Part shown: in pieces, positions 20,226-31,500 of the stretch
Layout of the letters: every line of letters starts with the position of its first letter
How positions within the stretch are numbered: the stretch's first letter is position 1
Assembly: GCA_964534445.1 (NCBI GenBank)
Contig: CAZHOE010000005.1
Span: 26,969-90,968 of the forward strand
DNA: 64,000 nucleotides
Direction of reading: 5' to 3'
DNA from: an uncultured Micavibrio sp.
GTDB taxonomy: Bacteria; Pseudomonadota; Alphaproteobacteria; Micavibrionales; UBA2020
The notes under the pieces: model-generated
The model's input: only the letters and a program-made list of their open reading frames with translations
Told to the model about the DNA's origin: nothing
Database searches by the model: none
Position numbers and translations under genes: made by a program

Positions 20226-22319
20226 ATGGCTCTTTCAAAGATCACCGCTGACAACAGCCGCGCCGATCAACTGGGCGCGCGTTATGATGGCAAAGGTGTC
20301 AACTTTGCCCTTTTCTCCGCCCATGCGGAAAAAGTCGAGCTGTGCCTTTTCAGCGATGACGGCAAAACGGAACTGAAGCGTATCGAACTGCCCGCCAAAA
20401 CAGGCGATGTTTTCCACGGCTATATTCCCGACATGAAACCGGGACAGGTTTACGGCTATCGCGTGCATGGGCCGCATGATCCTGCACAGGGCCATTTTTT
20501 TAATCCCAACAAACTGATGCTGGATCCCTATGCCGAAGAACTGGTCGGCACGGTAGAATGGTCGGATGCGCTGACAGATCCTGCCCTGGACAGCGCGCCT
20601 TCTGTCATGAAGGCAAAGGTTATGCCGCCACTGCCCAAATCCGTCTCGCCTAAACCGCAACACCCGCGGAACAAAACGATTACCATGGAAATGCACCCCA
20701 AGGGTATGACCATGACCGATCCAAATGTGCCGGCGGATTTGCGCGGTACGTATGCAGGGATTGCTGCGCCGCAAACAATTCAATACCTCAAAGACCTTGG
20801 CATTACATCCATCGAGCTTTTACCGGTGATGTCCAAGCTGGCGGATGACCGTTTGGAAAATCTCGGCCTTGCAAATTATTGGGGCTATGACACCATCGCC
20901 CCCTTCGCCCCCGAAGCCAGTTATGCCCACGACAAAAACGATGTGCGCGGCGAGTTCCGTCGCATGGTCGACGCCCTGCACGATGCGGGGATCGAGGTTA
21001 TTCTGGATGTCGTTTTCAACCACACGGCCGAAGGACCTGTGGAAGCGCCGCCCCTGTCCTACCGCGGCATTGACAACGCCAGCTACTACCGCCTGCAGCC
21101 GCAAAACAAAGCAAAATACATCGACGAGACAGGCTGCGGCAATACACTGGATACCGCTCATCCCGCCGTGCAACGTTTAGTCATCGACAGCCTGAAGTAC
21201 TGGGTAGAGGTTTTGGGTGTGGACGGTTTCCGTTTTGACCTTGCCCCCGTGCTGGGACGCGATCCGCTGGCCTATGATCGTAATGCAAAACTTTTGCAGG
21301 ACATCACAAACGATCCCGTTCTGTCGAAAGTCAAACTGATTGCAGAGCCTTGGGATATCGGCCCCGGCGGCTATCAACTCGGCAACTTCCCCGCCGGCTG
21401 GCAGGAATGGAATGATAAATTCCGCGATACGGTGCGCAGATTCTGGCGCGGAGATGCGGGCGTCTCCAGTAGTGATTTTGCCACGCGCCTTGCCGGCTCC
21501 GCGCCTGAATTTGCCAAACAGGGACGCACACCATCGGCCTCCATCAACATGATCACCTGCCACGACGGCTTTACGCTGCACGATCTTGTCACTTATAACA
21601 GCAAGCGCAACAACAATAACGGCGAGCATAACCGCGACGGCAGCAATAACAACCACAGCAATAACTACGGCATGGAAGGCGAGACAGATAACGAAAGCAT
21701 CAACAAGTACCGCCAGCGCCAGAAACGCAATATGCTGACATCGCTCTTCATGGCACAGGGGGCGCCGATGATTCTGGCGGGCGACGAGCACGGCAACAGC
21801 CAGAAAGGCAATAACAACGCCTATTGTCAGGACAACGACACCGGCTGGATTAACAAGGATAAAGTCACACCCGAGGGCAAGGATCTACAGACTTTCACCA
21901 AGAACCTGATCGCGCTGCGCAAACAACACGAGGCACTGTGTGCCGACCGTTTTCTGCATGGTGAAAAAATGCCCGGTAATGATGCCAACATCTCCTGGCG
22001 GCGCAAAAACGGCCAAAACATGCGAAGTACAGATTGGCATCATGACAATGCCGATTGCTTCGGCATGATGTTGAACGAGGATGACATCAATACACCGAAT
22101 GCGCGCGATACAGGCAAGCGTTTGCTGACCGTATTTAATCGCAGTGCCCAGCCACAGGAAATTAACCTTCCTGACTGTGTCGGCGCGAAAGGCACGTGGC
22201 AGTGCCAGCTGGATACCGACAGCAACACGGGCACCCCTGCCGATACATCACGCAAACAAGATGGCGAGAAAGTCATGATCGCGCCGCATTCCGTCGCCGT
22301 TTTCACACGCCGGCCATAG
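20226..22319 (+). CDS. glgX: Glycogen debranching enzyme/isoamylase (GH13_11)
   Basis: GVNFALFSAHAE, NYWGY, DVVFNHTAEG, DGFRFDLA, IAEPWD, CHDGFTL, GNNNAYCQDN. Confidence 0.95.
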   Translation: MALSKITADNSRADQLGARYDGKGVNFALFSAHAEKVELCLFSDDGKTELKRIELPAKTGDVFHGYIPDMKPGQVYGYRVHGPHDPAQGHFFNPNKLMLDPYAEELVGTVEWSDALTDPALDSAPSVMKAKVMPPLPKSVSPKPQHPRNKTITMEMHPKGMTMTDPNVPADLRGTYAGIAAPQTIQYLKDLGITSIELLPVMSKLADDRLENLGLANYWGYDTIAPFAPEASYAHDKNDVRGEFRRMVDALHDAGIEVILDVVFNHTAEGPVEAPPLSYRGIDNASYYRLQPQNKAKYIDETGCGNTLDTAHPAVQRLVIDSLKYWVEVLGVDGFRFDLAPVLGRDPLAYDRNAKLLQDITNDPVLSKVKLIAEPWDIGPGGYQLGNFPAGWQEWNDKFRDTVRRFWRGDAGVSSSDFATRLAGSAPEFAKQGRTPSASINMITCHDGFTLHDLVTYNSKRNNNNGEHNRDGSNNNHSNNYGMEGETDNESINKYRQRQKRNMLTSLFMAQGAPMILAGDEHGNSQKGNNNAYCQDNDTGWINKDKVTPEGKDLQTFTKNLIALRKQHEALCADRFLHGEKMPGNDANISWRRKNGQNMRSTDWHHDNADCFGMMLNEDDINTPNARDTGKRLLTVFNRSAQPQEINLPDCVGAKGTWQCQLDTDSNTGTPADTSRKQDGEKVMIAPHSVAVFTRRP

Positions 22320-22323
22320 ACGC

Positions 22324-24603
22324 TTAATAATCCTTTTTCCAGTTCACGCCAACGCTATTGGCATCGTCGTTACCAACGCGTGTTTCGACCTGAATGCTCG
22401 GCGTCACATCAATTTCGACCTTGACGGAACTGCCTTGGGCATTTACGCCCTGATCGACAGAAATATACACACCTTCGGAAATTTGTTTACCGACGGAAAT
22501 GCTGGTATTGCCGCTGGCATCATCGCGGTTGACGCTCAGCATATCGATCCCCATTTTTTTGCGCAGCTTGGTCAGCGGGTCGACCCCTTTTTTGATCGTC
22601 CCCGTCATGACGCCGATAAATTCTGCCACCCGGATCATTTCCAGCGGCGAGAGCTCGTCTACCGACTTATTGAACAGTACTTTGGCCAGAATTTCATCCT
22701 GCGGCAAAGCGGGTGTCGAGGTCAGCGCCACATCCGGATTTTTCACCGTGCCGCCGACGGTGATATTCGCCGTGACCGTGCGCCCTTTGATATTCCCCTT
22801 GATATCCAGATCAGGGTTCGTCACATCGCCGCCGTTAAAATTGATATTTCCGGTCGTTAAGTTCAGACGGGCATTAAAAATTTCGTATTTCCCTTGCAAC
22901 AGCTTTAGGTAGCCGTTGACGACTGGTTCATTGACCGAACCTGTTATATGCAACTTGGTCGCCCATTCCGTCGTCAGGCCCTGCGCTTCCACAAAAATAT
23001 ACTTCGGGGCTTCGATTTTAACGTCGAGGGCAACATCGTAATTGCCGGTCGATACTTCTTTTTTCTCGCGGCGCGCTTTGCGCAGATGCGGCGGCACATT
23101 TACTTCCTTGATATTCAACATACTCGCCGTGCTGCTGCCGCCGAAGTTCGCAAGGTACACATCCACACGGTTCAGCAGAATATTGCCCGCGACCTGTGCG
23201 GATTTGGCATCACCCGTCACATGCACATCACCGCTGATACGCAAATCCGTGTTCCGCTGCGCCACAACCTGCGCTTTATCGAGGGTAGCATCCAGCCGAA
23301 AAACAGGATTTTGAATATTCTTTAGCGAAACATCCCCCGTTGCCGACAGACTGCCATTTTCCGGCGTTACAGCAGTAAGACGTGTCAGGCGCAAGGTATC
23401 GCGCGTGGCATCAATATACGCCGCCAACTTACTCAGTCTGGCACCGCTGGCAAGATTTTCGTAGCTGCCGTCTTTTAAATCCGCCGTACCCATCATTTGC
23501 GGCGCAGCGGGGGTGCCCGCCAGCGTAACATTGATCTCGACGCGTCCGGTCATGCGGTGGTCGTCCAGCCCCATCAACACTGTTATCGCGTTCAAATCCA
23601 GCACCGTCGAGAATTGGCCGGATAGTTTATCTTTCATCCGCAGTGCCGGCGGGTCAAACGACAGGGGCAATTGCGCCTGTCCTTTGACAAAAATGTTTTT
23701 CGGCCCTGACATATCCGTTTGCATGGACAAGACATCTTTTTCCTGCAACCAGTCAATTTTGCCTTTCAGCACATCGCCAAGACGCAAATCTGTCTGCCCT
23801 TGCCAGCGCTCTGCCCTGCCGCTGGCCGTGGTCTTGACGTCAATATCATAACCCGTCGGCAAGCCCATGAGACGCATCAAAACCCCGCCTGCCGCATCGC
23901 GCACATCCGCCGTCAGCTGCAGTGTGCCGGCCGTATCCGGCGCAAAGCGGACATTCACATAGGTGTCCGCTTTCTCTTTCTCCGTATAGGACTCCAGCAA
24001 AACGGCAATGTCGTTTTTATCCAGCGTGGAAGACAACTGCAAACGGCTTTGTAGCCGGAAAATTTCTTCACGCCCATAGACAGCGGGCCCTGTGCGCAGC
24101 TTTTCAATATCAAAGCGTTTTATATCCGCCAGAAAAGACGGCATACCCTGCCCCGATTTTGCCGCATCCTCCTTATCTGTTTCAGATACTTCGGGAAAGC
24201 GTTGCAGATCGACCATCTGCACCGTCAAGCTGTCAATCACCGGCGACAAGGTCATATACGTCAGCGGATTTATCTGCAAATCGATATTCTCAACTTTCAA
24301 GAACACGCCCTTAGGGTCTGCCAGTTCCACGGACGGCACGATAATGTGGTGCCAGCCGATACGCTCCAGCCGAACAGCCACCTGTATGTCATCTGTCGAG
24401 GCAAAATGGACAATGCTGCGCTCCAGAAAACGCATGCCTTTTTCCGTTTGCAGAAAAAACATCGCACCAGTAACTGTCATCAGCAACAGCATTACAACGG
24501 TCAGGAGCCAGGCGGATAGATGGCGCAACACGACCAATGCAGAACGCCAATAAGGTTTTCGCGGTTTTATTGCGCTTTCAGTCCGTCCCGCCACCGTCAT
24601 CAA
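22324..24603 (-). CDS. tamB: Translocation/assembly module TamB (short, 759 aa)
   Basis: N-terminal anchor, DUF490-like STPALPQDEIL, ends WKKDY; follows tamA. Confidence 0.85.
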   Translation of the reverse strand: MMTVAGRTESAIKPRKPYWRSALVVLRHLSAWLLTVVMLLLMTVTGAMFFLQTEKGMRFLERSIVHFASTDDIQVAVRLERIGWHHIIVPSVELADPKGVFLKVENIDLQINPLTYMTLSPVIDSLTVQMVDLQRFPEVSETDKEDAAKSGQGMPSFLADIKRFDIEKLRTGPAVYGREEIFRLQSRLQLSSTLDKNDIAVLLESYTEKEKADTYVNVRFAPDTAGTLQLTADVRDAAGGVLMRLMGLPTGYDIDVKTTASGRAERWQGQTDLRLGDVLKGKIDWLQEKDVLSMQTDMSGPKNIFVKGQAQLPLSFDPPALRMKDKLSGQFSTVLDLNAITVLMGLDDHRMTGRVEINVTLAGTPAAPQMMGTADLKDGSYENLASGARLSKLAAYIDATRDTLRLTRLTAVTPENGSLSATGDVSLKNIQNPVFRLDATLDKAQVVAQRNTDLRISGDVHVTGDAKSAQVAGNILLNRVDVYLANFGGSSTASMLNIKEVNVPPHLRKARREKKEVSTGNYDVALDVKIEAPKYIFVEAQGLTTEWATKLHITGSVNEPVVNGYLKLLQGKYEIFNARLNLTTGNINFNGGDVTNPDLDIKGNIKGRTVTANITVGGTVKNPDVALTSTPALPQDEILAKVLFNKSVDELSPLEMIRVAEFIGVMTGTIKKGVDPLTKLRKKMGIDMLSVNRDDASGNTSISVGKQISEGVYISVDQGVNAQGSSVKVEIDVTPSIQVETRVGNDDANSVGVNWKKDY

Positions 24604-26447
24604 AAGGCCTGCCCGAGGCTAAGATAGAGCTGGAACATATCATCCTTGTCGCGGCCGTTGATCGGCACACCGATATCCACGCGCAAGGGGCCAACCGCCG
24701 TGTAGTAGCGTGCCCCGACACCAGCGGCAAAAAGGAATTTTTCATTGCCGGATGCGCTGAGATCTTCCGTTACGCGTCCGCCTTCAATAAAGGTCACCAG
24801 ACCGACCGTATCCGTCACACGGAAGCGCATTTCGCTGCCGATCTCGATCTGATAGCGACCACCCGTCGGATCATCATTCGCATCCAGCGGGCTGACCAAT
24901 TGATAGCCGTAACCGCGCACCGATCCGCCGCCGCCGGAATAAAGGCGTTTATCCGCGGGAATATCCGATGTCCCCTGTCCGAAAATCGCCCCCAGTTTGG
25001 CACGGTTGGCGAAAACGATCTTGTCCTCCTCCGCCAGCGGCCAGTAATGGCTGGCGGAAAGCGTTGTCACGGTAAAGCTTTCCTTTGCTTCCTGCACGGA
25101 AAGATAGGGGGTCACATCCAGCGACACACGCGCACCGTTGGTCGGATCCAGCGTATCGTTTGAACTGTCATAGGCCAGTGTAGCGGGCACGGAAAGCAAC
25201 CAGAAGTCTTTTTCAGGCTGGTTGTTCTCATCAATCTGTGAAAACTCTGCCGTCAGGCCAAGCTTGCCGGAAAGCGTATCGCTGAAAGTTTGATCCAGAC
25301 GCGTAAAAGCGCTGTAGCTGGTCTTGTCGTAAGAATCCAGATTTTCCTGGTTAAACCCTAGACCGCTTTGCAGGCTGCGGTCGATTGTTCCGGTGAAATC
25401 GGGCTTGGTATAACGTAAACCCGCGCCATAGCGCATGACTCCGGCGTCGGCCTCCAGACGCAGCTTTTCTCCGCCACCGAAAAGATTACGGTGTTCCCAA
25501 AACACCTTGCTCGATACGCTCTGGCTGGTGGAATAGGCGACGCCAGCGCCGATGGTACGCGGCTTGCGCTCCGTAAAATTAATCGTAACGGGGACCTTGT
25601 CCGATCCTTCCTTGGCGGCCAGCACGACATCCACGCTGGAAAACAACCCTGTCTTCAGCATCTGCTGGCGGGTGGTGACGACTTTTTCGATATTGAAAAC
25701 CTCTGCCTCTTTGAAGTCGATACGGCGGCGGACAAAATCCTCGTTCACGCTGTCATGTCCGGCCGTACGGACATCGGAAAAGGTTGCTGCACGCCCCGGT
25801 ATGACGCGCAGCACTGCGCGCGCCTTTTGTGTCGCATGGTCAATCGTGACATCGCGCGATGCCACGCCGGGCAGCGGATAGCCTTTTGTCTTCAGCTTAT
25901 CAAGCACCTGCCGTTCAACATCCAGAATAACAGCCGGCGTTGCATGCTTGCCGACAACGCCCTGCAAAGGACCGTCCAGTTTAATACCTTTTGGCGCCGC
26001 AATCGTGCTGCCCGATTTATTCTCCCATTTGACTTTGAAGTCCTGCATCTCAAACACGGGGCCTGTCCGGATGTCCAGCACAACATCGTAATCATGGTGT
26101 TCTTCTTTGCCCGAGCGCGTTTCGGATTCCGCAAGCGCCGCATGTTTCGTGATTTTATAGCGGATATCCGCGCCATAATAGGCATGCGCCATCATTACAT
26201 CACGCAGGCGCTGCACGTCATCTTTCGCGCGGCGATCCAGTGCGTCATAGGACAAGGGCAGATTTTTTTCGAACTGGAAAAGGTAGGAGGCCTTTTCAAT
26301 TTCCGTGGCCAGCGCTTTATCCTCTATCCCCGCCATGCCGGGTTTATAACTGACCTCCGCATGCGCCGGAAATGGCAGGGTCACCAAGAGGCCGAGCCAC
26401 AACACAAAGGCCCCGAAAAGCCGGATATATTCTTTATGCGAAGACAT
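24600..26447 (-). CDS. tamA: Omp85-family TamA
   Basis: POTRA region, WEHRNLFG, YSGGGGSVRGY, GPLRVD, ends LGQAF. Confidence 0.92.
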   Translation of the reverse strand: MSSHKEYIRLFGAFVLWLGLLVTLPFPAHAEVSYKPGMAGIEDKALATEIEKASYLFQFEKNLPLSYDALDRRAKDDVQRLRDVMMAHAYYGADIRYKITKHAALAESETRSGKEEHHDYDVVLDIRTGPVFEMQDFKVKWENKSGSTIAAPKGIKLDGPLQGVVGKHATPAVILDVERQVLDKLKTKGYPLPGVASRDVTIDHATQKARAVLRVIPGRAATFSDVRTAGHDSVNEDFVRRRIDFKEAEVFNIEKVVTTRQQMLKTGLFSSVDVVLAAKEGSDKVPVTINFTERKPRTIGAGVAYSTSQSVSSKVFWEHRNLFGGGEKLRLEADAGVMRYGAGLRYTKPDFTGTIDRSLQSGLGFNQENLDSYDKTSYSAFTRLDQTFSDTLSGKLGLTAEFSQIDENNQPEKDFWLLSVPATLAYDSSNDTLDPTNGARVSLDVTPYLSVQEAKESFTVTTLSASHYWPLAEEDKIVFANRAKLGAIFGQGTSDIPADKRLYSGGGGSVRGYGYQLVSPLDANDDPTGGRYQIEIGSEMRFRVTDTVGLVTFIEGGRVTEDLSASGNEKFLFAAGVGARYYTAVGPLRVDIGVPINGRDKDDMFQLYLSLGQAF

Positions 26448-26566
26448 GTGCGCACCCTATCATATTTCGGCTTGAAAGGCAGGGAAAAACAGCTTTTTAA
26501 GGGCGTTTAAAACCGAAAAACACCTTGAAATCAATACATATACCGCTTATGTAGACAAGCGTCATC

Positions 26567-26621
26567 CGCAGCGGGACGGCCCTGTATACTGCGTTTCCTT
26601 TTTGTCAGGGACGACCCTGAC
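26567..26621 (+). ncRNA. Guanidine-II (mini-ykkC) riboswitch
   Basis: Two hairpins with ACGR loops (GGG-ACGG-CCC; GTCAGGG-ACGA-CCCTGAC) just 5' of the gdx RBS. Confidence 0.88.
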
Positions 26622-26644
26622 TCCTTTTGCCTACGGAGAACATC

Positions 26645-26965
26645 ATGGCATGGATTATCCTGATCATCGCCGGCCTGTTTGAAACCGCCTGGGCCGTCGG
26701 CCTGAAATACAGCGAGAGCTTTAGCAAACCGCTGCCCTCCGCGATTACCATCGTATGTATTGCCATCAGTATGGTCTTGCTGGGTTATTCCCTGCGCAGC
26801 CTGCCGCTCGGCACGGCTTATGCGATCTGGACGGGGATTGGCGCAGTAGGCGCGGTCATTGCAGGCATTTTTCTGTTTCATGAACCTGTCGCAGCCCCGC
26901 GGCTATTTTTTGCAGGGTTGATTGTGGTCGGCATTATCGGCCTCAAATACGCAACCCCCGCCTAA
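26645..26965 (+). CDS. sugE: SMR guanidinium exporter Gdx/SugE
   Basis: MAWIILIIAGLFETAWAVGLKYS, PLGTAYAIWTGIG; riboswitch upstream. Confidence 0.93.
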   Translation: MAWIILIIAGLFETAWAVGLKYSESFSKPLPSAITIVCIAISMVLLGYSLRSLPLGTAYAIWTGIGAVGAVIAGIFLFHEPVAAPRLFFAGLIVVGIIGLKYATPA

Positions 26966-27292
26966 AGTTCCACAAAAAATGAGCTGCGCTTAATCAAATG
27001 TCAACCTTAAGTTGTTTATAATGATGTGGACAACTTGAGGTTTTTGCCATGCCGAGAGCCGCACATGCTGTGCTGATGGGACTTGTCGTTATTTCCAGCC
27101 ACAATGCCGGCGCTCAGACGCGCGGCGTAAACGGAAAACTGCCGAACCGGCGCCGCCGGCGCGACGCGATGCGCCGCTGCAAGAGGCGCTCGGCCCGCAT
27201 GAAGCGGGATTGCCTTTTGAAATCGCAATACCCTGCCCACCGCCTTAACCGAGTTTTCACAATCACCACTGCACAGAGGGGGAATACGCACC

Positions 27293-27850
27293 ATGTCCAC
27301 ACCGACATCCACGACCGCATCACCTGATCCGCAAAAAAGGAATCGTCATGCGGCACCGCAGTCGGGCGGTTATGCCCTGATTGATACCTGCAAATTTAAA
27401 ATCCGTACGGTGCAGGAAGCGCGCAGTCTGGCGCATTTTGCCGCGGGCATTTTCAAAGACCCTGCCCGCATCGAGCCCGGTTTATACGAGCTGCTTCTCA
27501 ATGCCGTCGAGCACGGATGTCTTGAGATCGGCTATGCCTTAAAAACACGTCTGCTGGAATACGATACATGGGAAATGGAAATCATCCGCAAGCAATCCTT
27601 GCCACAAAACCGCGAAAAACATGTGGAAATCATCATTGCCCGACGCAGCGAAGGAATCTTTGTCGTTATCACCGACCCCGGCCCCGGCTTTGACTGGAAA
27701 TCGTGGCTCACCGTCGACCCGGCACGCAGCAGTAACAGTCACGGACGCGGTATTGCCCGCGCGCGCGACATGAGTTTCGACATCATCACTTTCAATGCCA
27801 AAGGAAACCAAGTCGCCGCCCATACGCGGGATTTACCGGAGAAAAAATAA
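27293..27850 (+). CDS. Stand-alone RsbW-like HATPase_c_2 (anti-sigma/Ser kinase-like) protein
   Basis: ELLLNAVEHG, DPGPGFDW, HGRGI, FNAKGN. Confidence 0.8.
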   Translation: MSTPTSTTASPDPQKRNRHAAPQSGGYALIDTCKFKIRTVQEARSLAHFAAGIFKDPARIEPGLYELLLNAVEHGCLEIGYALKTRLLEYDTWEMEIIRKQSLPQNREKHVEIIIARRSEGIFVVITDPGPGFDWKSWLTVDPARSSNSHGRGIARARDMSFDIITFNAKGNQVAAHTRDLPEKK

Positions 27851-27870
27851 TAACAGGATAAACGCGCCGC

Positions 27871-28401
27871 TTATTTATTCTTGGCGCGCGCAATACCGTC
27901 CAAAATGGCCTGTTTGGCTTCATCGACGCCTTGCCATTTCAGGTCTTTCACCCATTTGCCTTTTTCGAGATCTTTATAGTGTTCGAAAAAATGGGCGATC
28001 TGTTCGCAGAAAATATCCGGCAGATCTTTATAAGAGGTGACTTTGGAATAAAACGGATGCAGGTCGTCCACCGGTACGGCGATAATTTTTTCATCTGCGC
28101 CGTTCTGGTCTTCCATCCACAAAATACCGATCGGGCGGGAACGAATGACCGCGCCGGAAATCACCGGCAACTGACAGATCACCAGCACATCGCAAGGATC
28201 GCCGTCACCGGACAGGGTATGCGGAATAAAGCCGTAATTGGCAGGATATACCATGGAGGTATGCAAAAAACGGTCAACAAACATCGCGCCCGATGCCTTG
28301 TCAATTTCGTATTTAATCGGATTGCCGCCCTGCGGAATTTCGATGATGACGTTGACTTCGTCGGGCGGATGACGGCCGATGCTGATTTTGTCGATATTCA
28401 T
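27871..28401 (-). CDS. ppa: Inorganic pyrophosphatase
   Basis: KYEIDK, YPANYGFIPHT, DGDPCD, HFFEHYKDLE. Confidence 0.97.
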   Translation of the reverse strand: MNIDKISIGRHPPDEVNVIIEIPQGGNPIKYEIDKASGAMFVDRFLHTSMVYPANYGFIPHTLSGDGDPCDVLVICQLPVISGAVIRSRPIGILWMEDQNGADEKIIAVPVDDLHPFYSKVTSYKDLPDIFCEQIAHFFEHYKDLEKGKWVKDLKWQGVDEAKQAILDGIARAKNK

Positions 28402-28510
28402 AGACAGACCCTCTGGAATCGCCGCTTACCGGCTTTTATTTATTTCTATCAAAGAGATAAAGGCGCAACCCGCGGCTGCGCCTCTCTCCGGATTTAATAT
28501 GATCATACCC

Positions 28511-31500
28511 CTAGTTGACGACGTGTACAAGCTGACCAATGCGCTGGCTGGCCAGCACCAGCATTTCCAGCTCGACTTTGGGCTGCTCGCGCAATTCGTC
28601 CACCAGCTGGTTGATCTTGCTGACCATCTCCATATGTTTTTCAAACCAGATGCCGACGACTTTACGGTCGACCCGCGTTTTCTGGCTGACAGAGGAGAAA
28701 ATCGCGGCCGTAATAGCGGCCTGATGGATGAAGTAGTCATCCATCAACCCGCCCATCACGCGCGCCTGCCACGCGTTGATCGGCACGATCCCCGCCACCT
28801 GATTGCGTAGCCAGTCCAGCCCCAGATGTTCACCCACCACAAAATATGCGGCGGAAATTTCATCGACAGGGTCATGCGATTTGCGGCTGATGTTCACAAT
28901 ATCGCTGGCCGAGGACAAAAGCTTGATCACCACGATTTCATTGGCAATCGCGGCGGGCATGCCGGCTTCGATCAGTTTGCTTTCCGTCAACACAATCGAT
29001 GCTTTCACATCATCCGGTACCATTTTACGGATGGATTTGCGCAAGGCATCAATGCCCGGGCGGAAGGCTTCAACTTCCGCCTTCACATCCAGATTATCAC
29101 CGCCGAAACGCAGGAACCAAGTGACCGCACGTTTCACGACTTTGAAGACTTCATACAATGCCGAAAGCTGTACAGGCGCAGGCACGCGGTTATCCAGCGC
29201 CTCAATCTTCTCCCAAACGCTTGGCAGGCCATAAGCCGCCATAACGATGAGGAAGGCCTTGATGACTTCTTCCGCCCGCTCGCCCGTTTTGGCCATGCGG
29301 GAAGCCACGAAAACAGGCCCCATACGATTGACGAGTTCGTTTACAACCTGCGTTGCGATAATTTCGCGGCGCAGCTTGTGGGCGCGGATTTCAAGGTCAT
29401 ACTTATGCAGTGCTTTCGGGAAGTAGTCGAACAGCAGCTGTTCCATGACCGGCGCATCGGGAATATCCGATGCCAAAATCTGCGTATAAAGCGTCATCTT
29501 GGCATAGGACGTCAAAATCGCCATTTCGGGGCGCGTCAGACCCACCCCGTCGCGGGACAGACGTTTGAAGCTTTCCGCATCCGGCAGGCCTTCCAGCTGG
29601 CGTTTGATCAGCCCCGCTTTTTCGAGGTCACGCACAAGCTCGGCATGCAGGTTAATATCGTCTTTGGCATGCAGTTCCTGCAAGCTCAGCGACTGGGTTT
29701 GCTGATAGTTATCCCGCAATACCAGCGCTGCGACATCCTCCGTCATTTTTTCCAGCAATTTGTTACGCGCTACGAGCGACATTTTACGGCGCACCATAAC
29801 ATCACTGAGCAGAATTTTGATATTCACTTCGTGGTCGGAGCAATCCACGCCGGCAGAGTTGTCGATAAAGTCGGTGTTGATACGGCCGCCGTACTGTGCG
29901 TATTCAACACGCGCCAGCTGCGTCACGCCGAGGTTTGCCCCTTCGCCGATCACCTTGGCACGGATATCGCGGGCATCGACACGTAGCGCATCGTTGCTCT
30001 TGTCATCCGCATCCGCATGGCTCTGGCGGGAGGATTTGATAAACGTCCCGATCCCGCCGAACCAAAGAAGTTCGGCCTCGTAATGCAAGATCGCGCGGAT
30101 CAGTTCATCCGGCGGCAGCGTATCGCTTCCCAATCCCAGCAGTTTTTTGACCTGCGATGATACCTTGATGGATTTTGCCGAACGGTCGTAAACCGCACCA
30201 CCTGCGGACAGGACAGACGTATCATAGGTATCCCAGCCGCCGCGCGCCTTGAACATACGGCTGCGCTCCGCATAGCTTTTCGCCGTATCCGGATCCGGAT
30301 CACAGAAAATATGCACGTGGTTGAAGGCAAATTGCATCTTGATCTGTTTGGACAACAGCAGCGCGTTGCCAAAAACATCGCCGCCCATATCACCGACACC
30401 GACGACAGTAAAAGGCTCTTTTTGAATGTCCTTGCCCATTTCGCGGAAATGGCGTTTGACGGATTCCCACCCGCCGCGTGCGGTAATGCCCATTTTCTTG
30501 TGGTCATAGCCGGCCGAACCGCCCGACGCAAAAGCATCTTGCAGCCAAAAGCCCGCCTTCACGGACAAGTCATTGGCGATGTCGGAGAACGTTGCCGTTC
30601 CTTTATCCGCAGCCACAACCAGATAGGGATCGATACCGTCATAGCAGACAACATCTTGCGGCCGGACGATTTTTCCCTTTACGTTGTTATCGGTGATATC
30701 CAGCAAGGACTGGACAAACAGCTTGTAGCAATCAATCCCTTCTTGCTGGAAAGCCTCGCGCCCGCCGGTCATCGGCGGTTGTTTGACAATAAAACCGCCC
30801 TTCGCGCCGACAGGCACGATAACGGTATTTTTGACCATTTGCGATTTCATCAACCCCAGCACTTCCGTGCGGAAATCGTCATGGCGATCCGACCAGCGAA
30901 TGCCGCCACGGGCGATTTCGCCGCCGCGTAAATGCACCGCTTCCACCCGGCGGGAATAAACATAGATTTCCACATGCGGGCGCGGCAACGGCAGGCCATC
31001 GATTTTACCGCTGTCCAGCTTGACCGCCAGACAAGGCTTATGCGTCCCGTCCGCTGCCGTCTGGAAATAGTTGGTACGCAAGGTATTCTCGATCAGCATT
31101 TTAAAACTGCGGATGATGCGGTCCTGATCCAGCTTTTGCACATCCTGCAACAGATCCAGAATGCTTTGTGCCGCTTTTTTACGTTTACTACCCGCCTGTG
31201 CGCCGCCTTTCGGGTCGTGCATGGCTTTAAACAAATCCACCAGCGCGCAGGAAATGGCCGGATAAGCGTTCAGCACCTGCTCCATATACAAACGGCTGAA
31301 CGGGAAACGCGCCTGACGCATATAACCCGTAAAGGTGCGCAAGATCACGATTTCGCGCCAGGTCAGGTTGGCGCCGAGCGACAGGGCGTTCAGCCCGTCG
31401 TTCTCCGCAGCGTTGTCCCAGACCTTCAGGAAGGTTTCTTCAACGTTCTCTTTGACCTTTTCAAGATTGATATGCGGCGGCCCCTTGAGTTCGAAATCGT

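Noticed and set aside
21590-21670. AAC-rich tract in glgX
   Set aside because: Encodes the conserved Asn-rich NGExNRDG loop; not a DNA repeat
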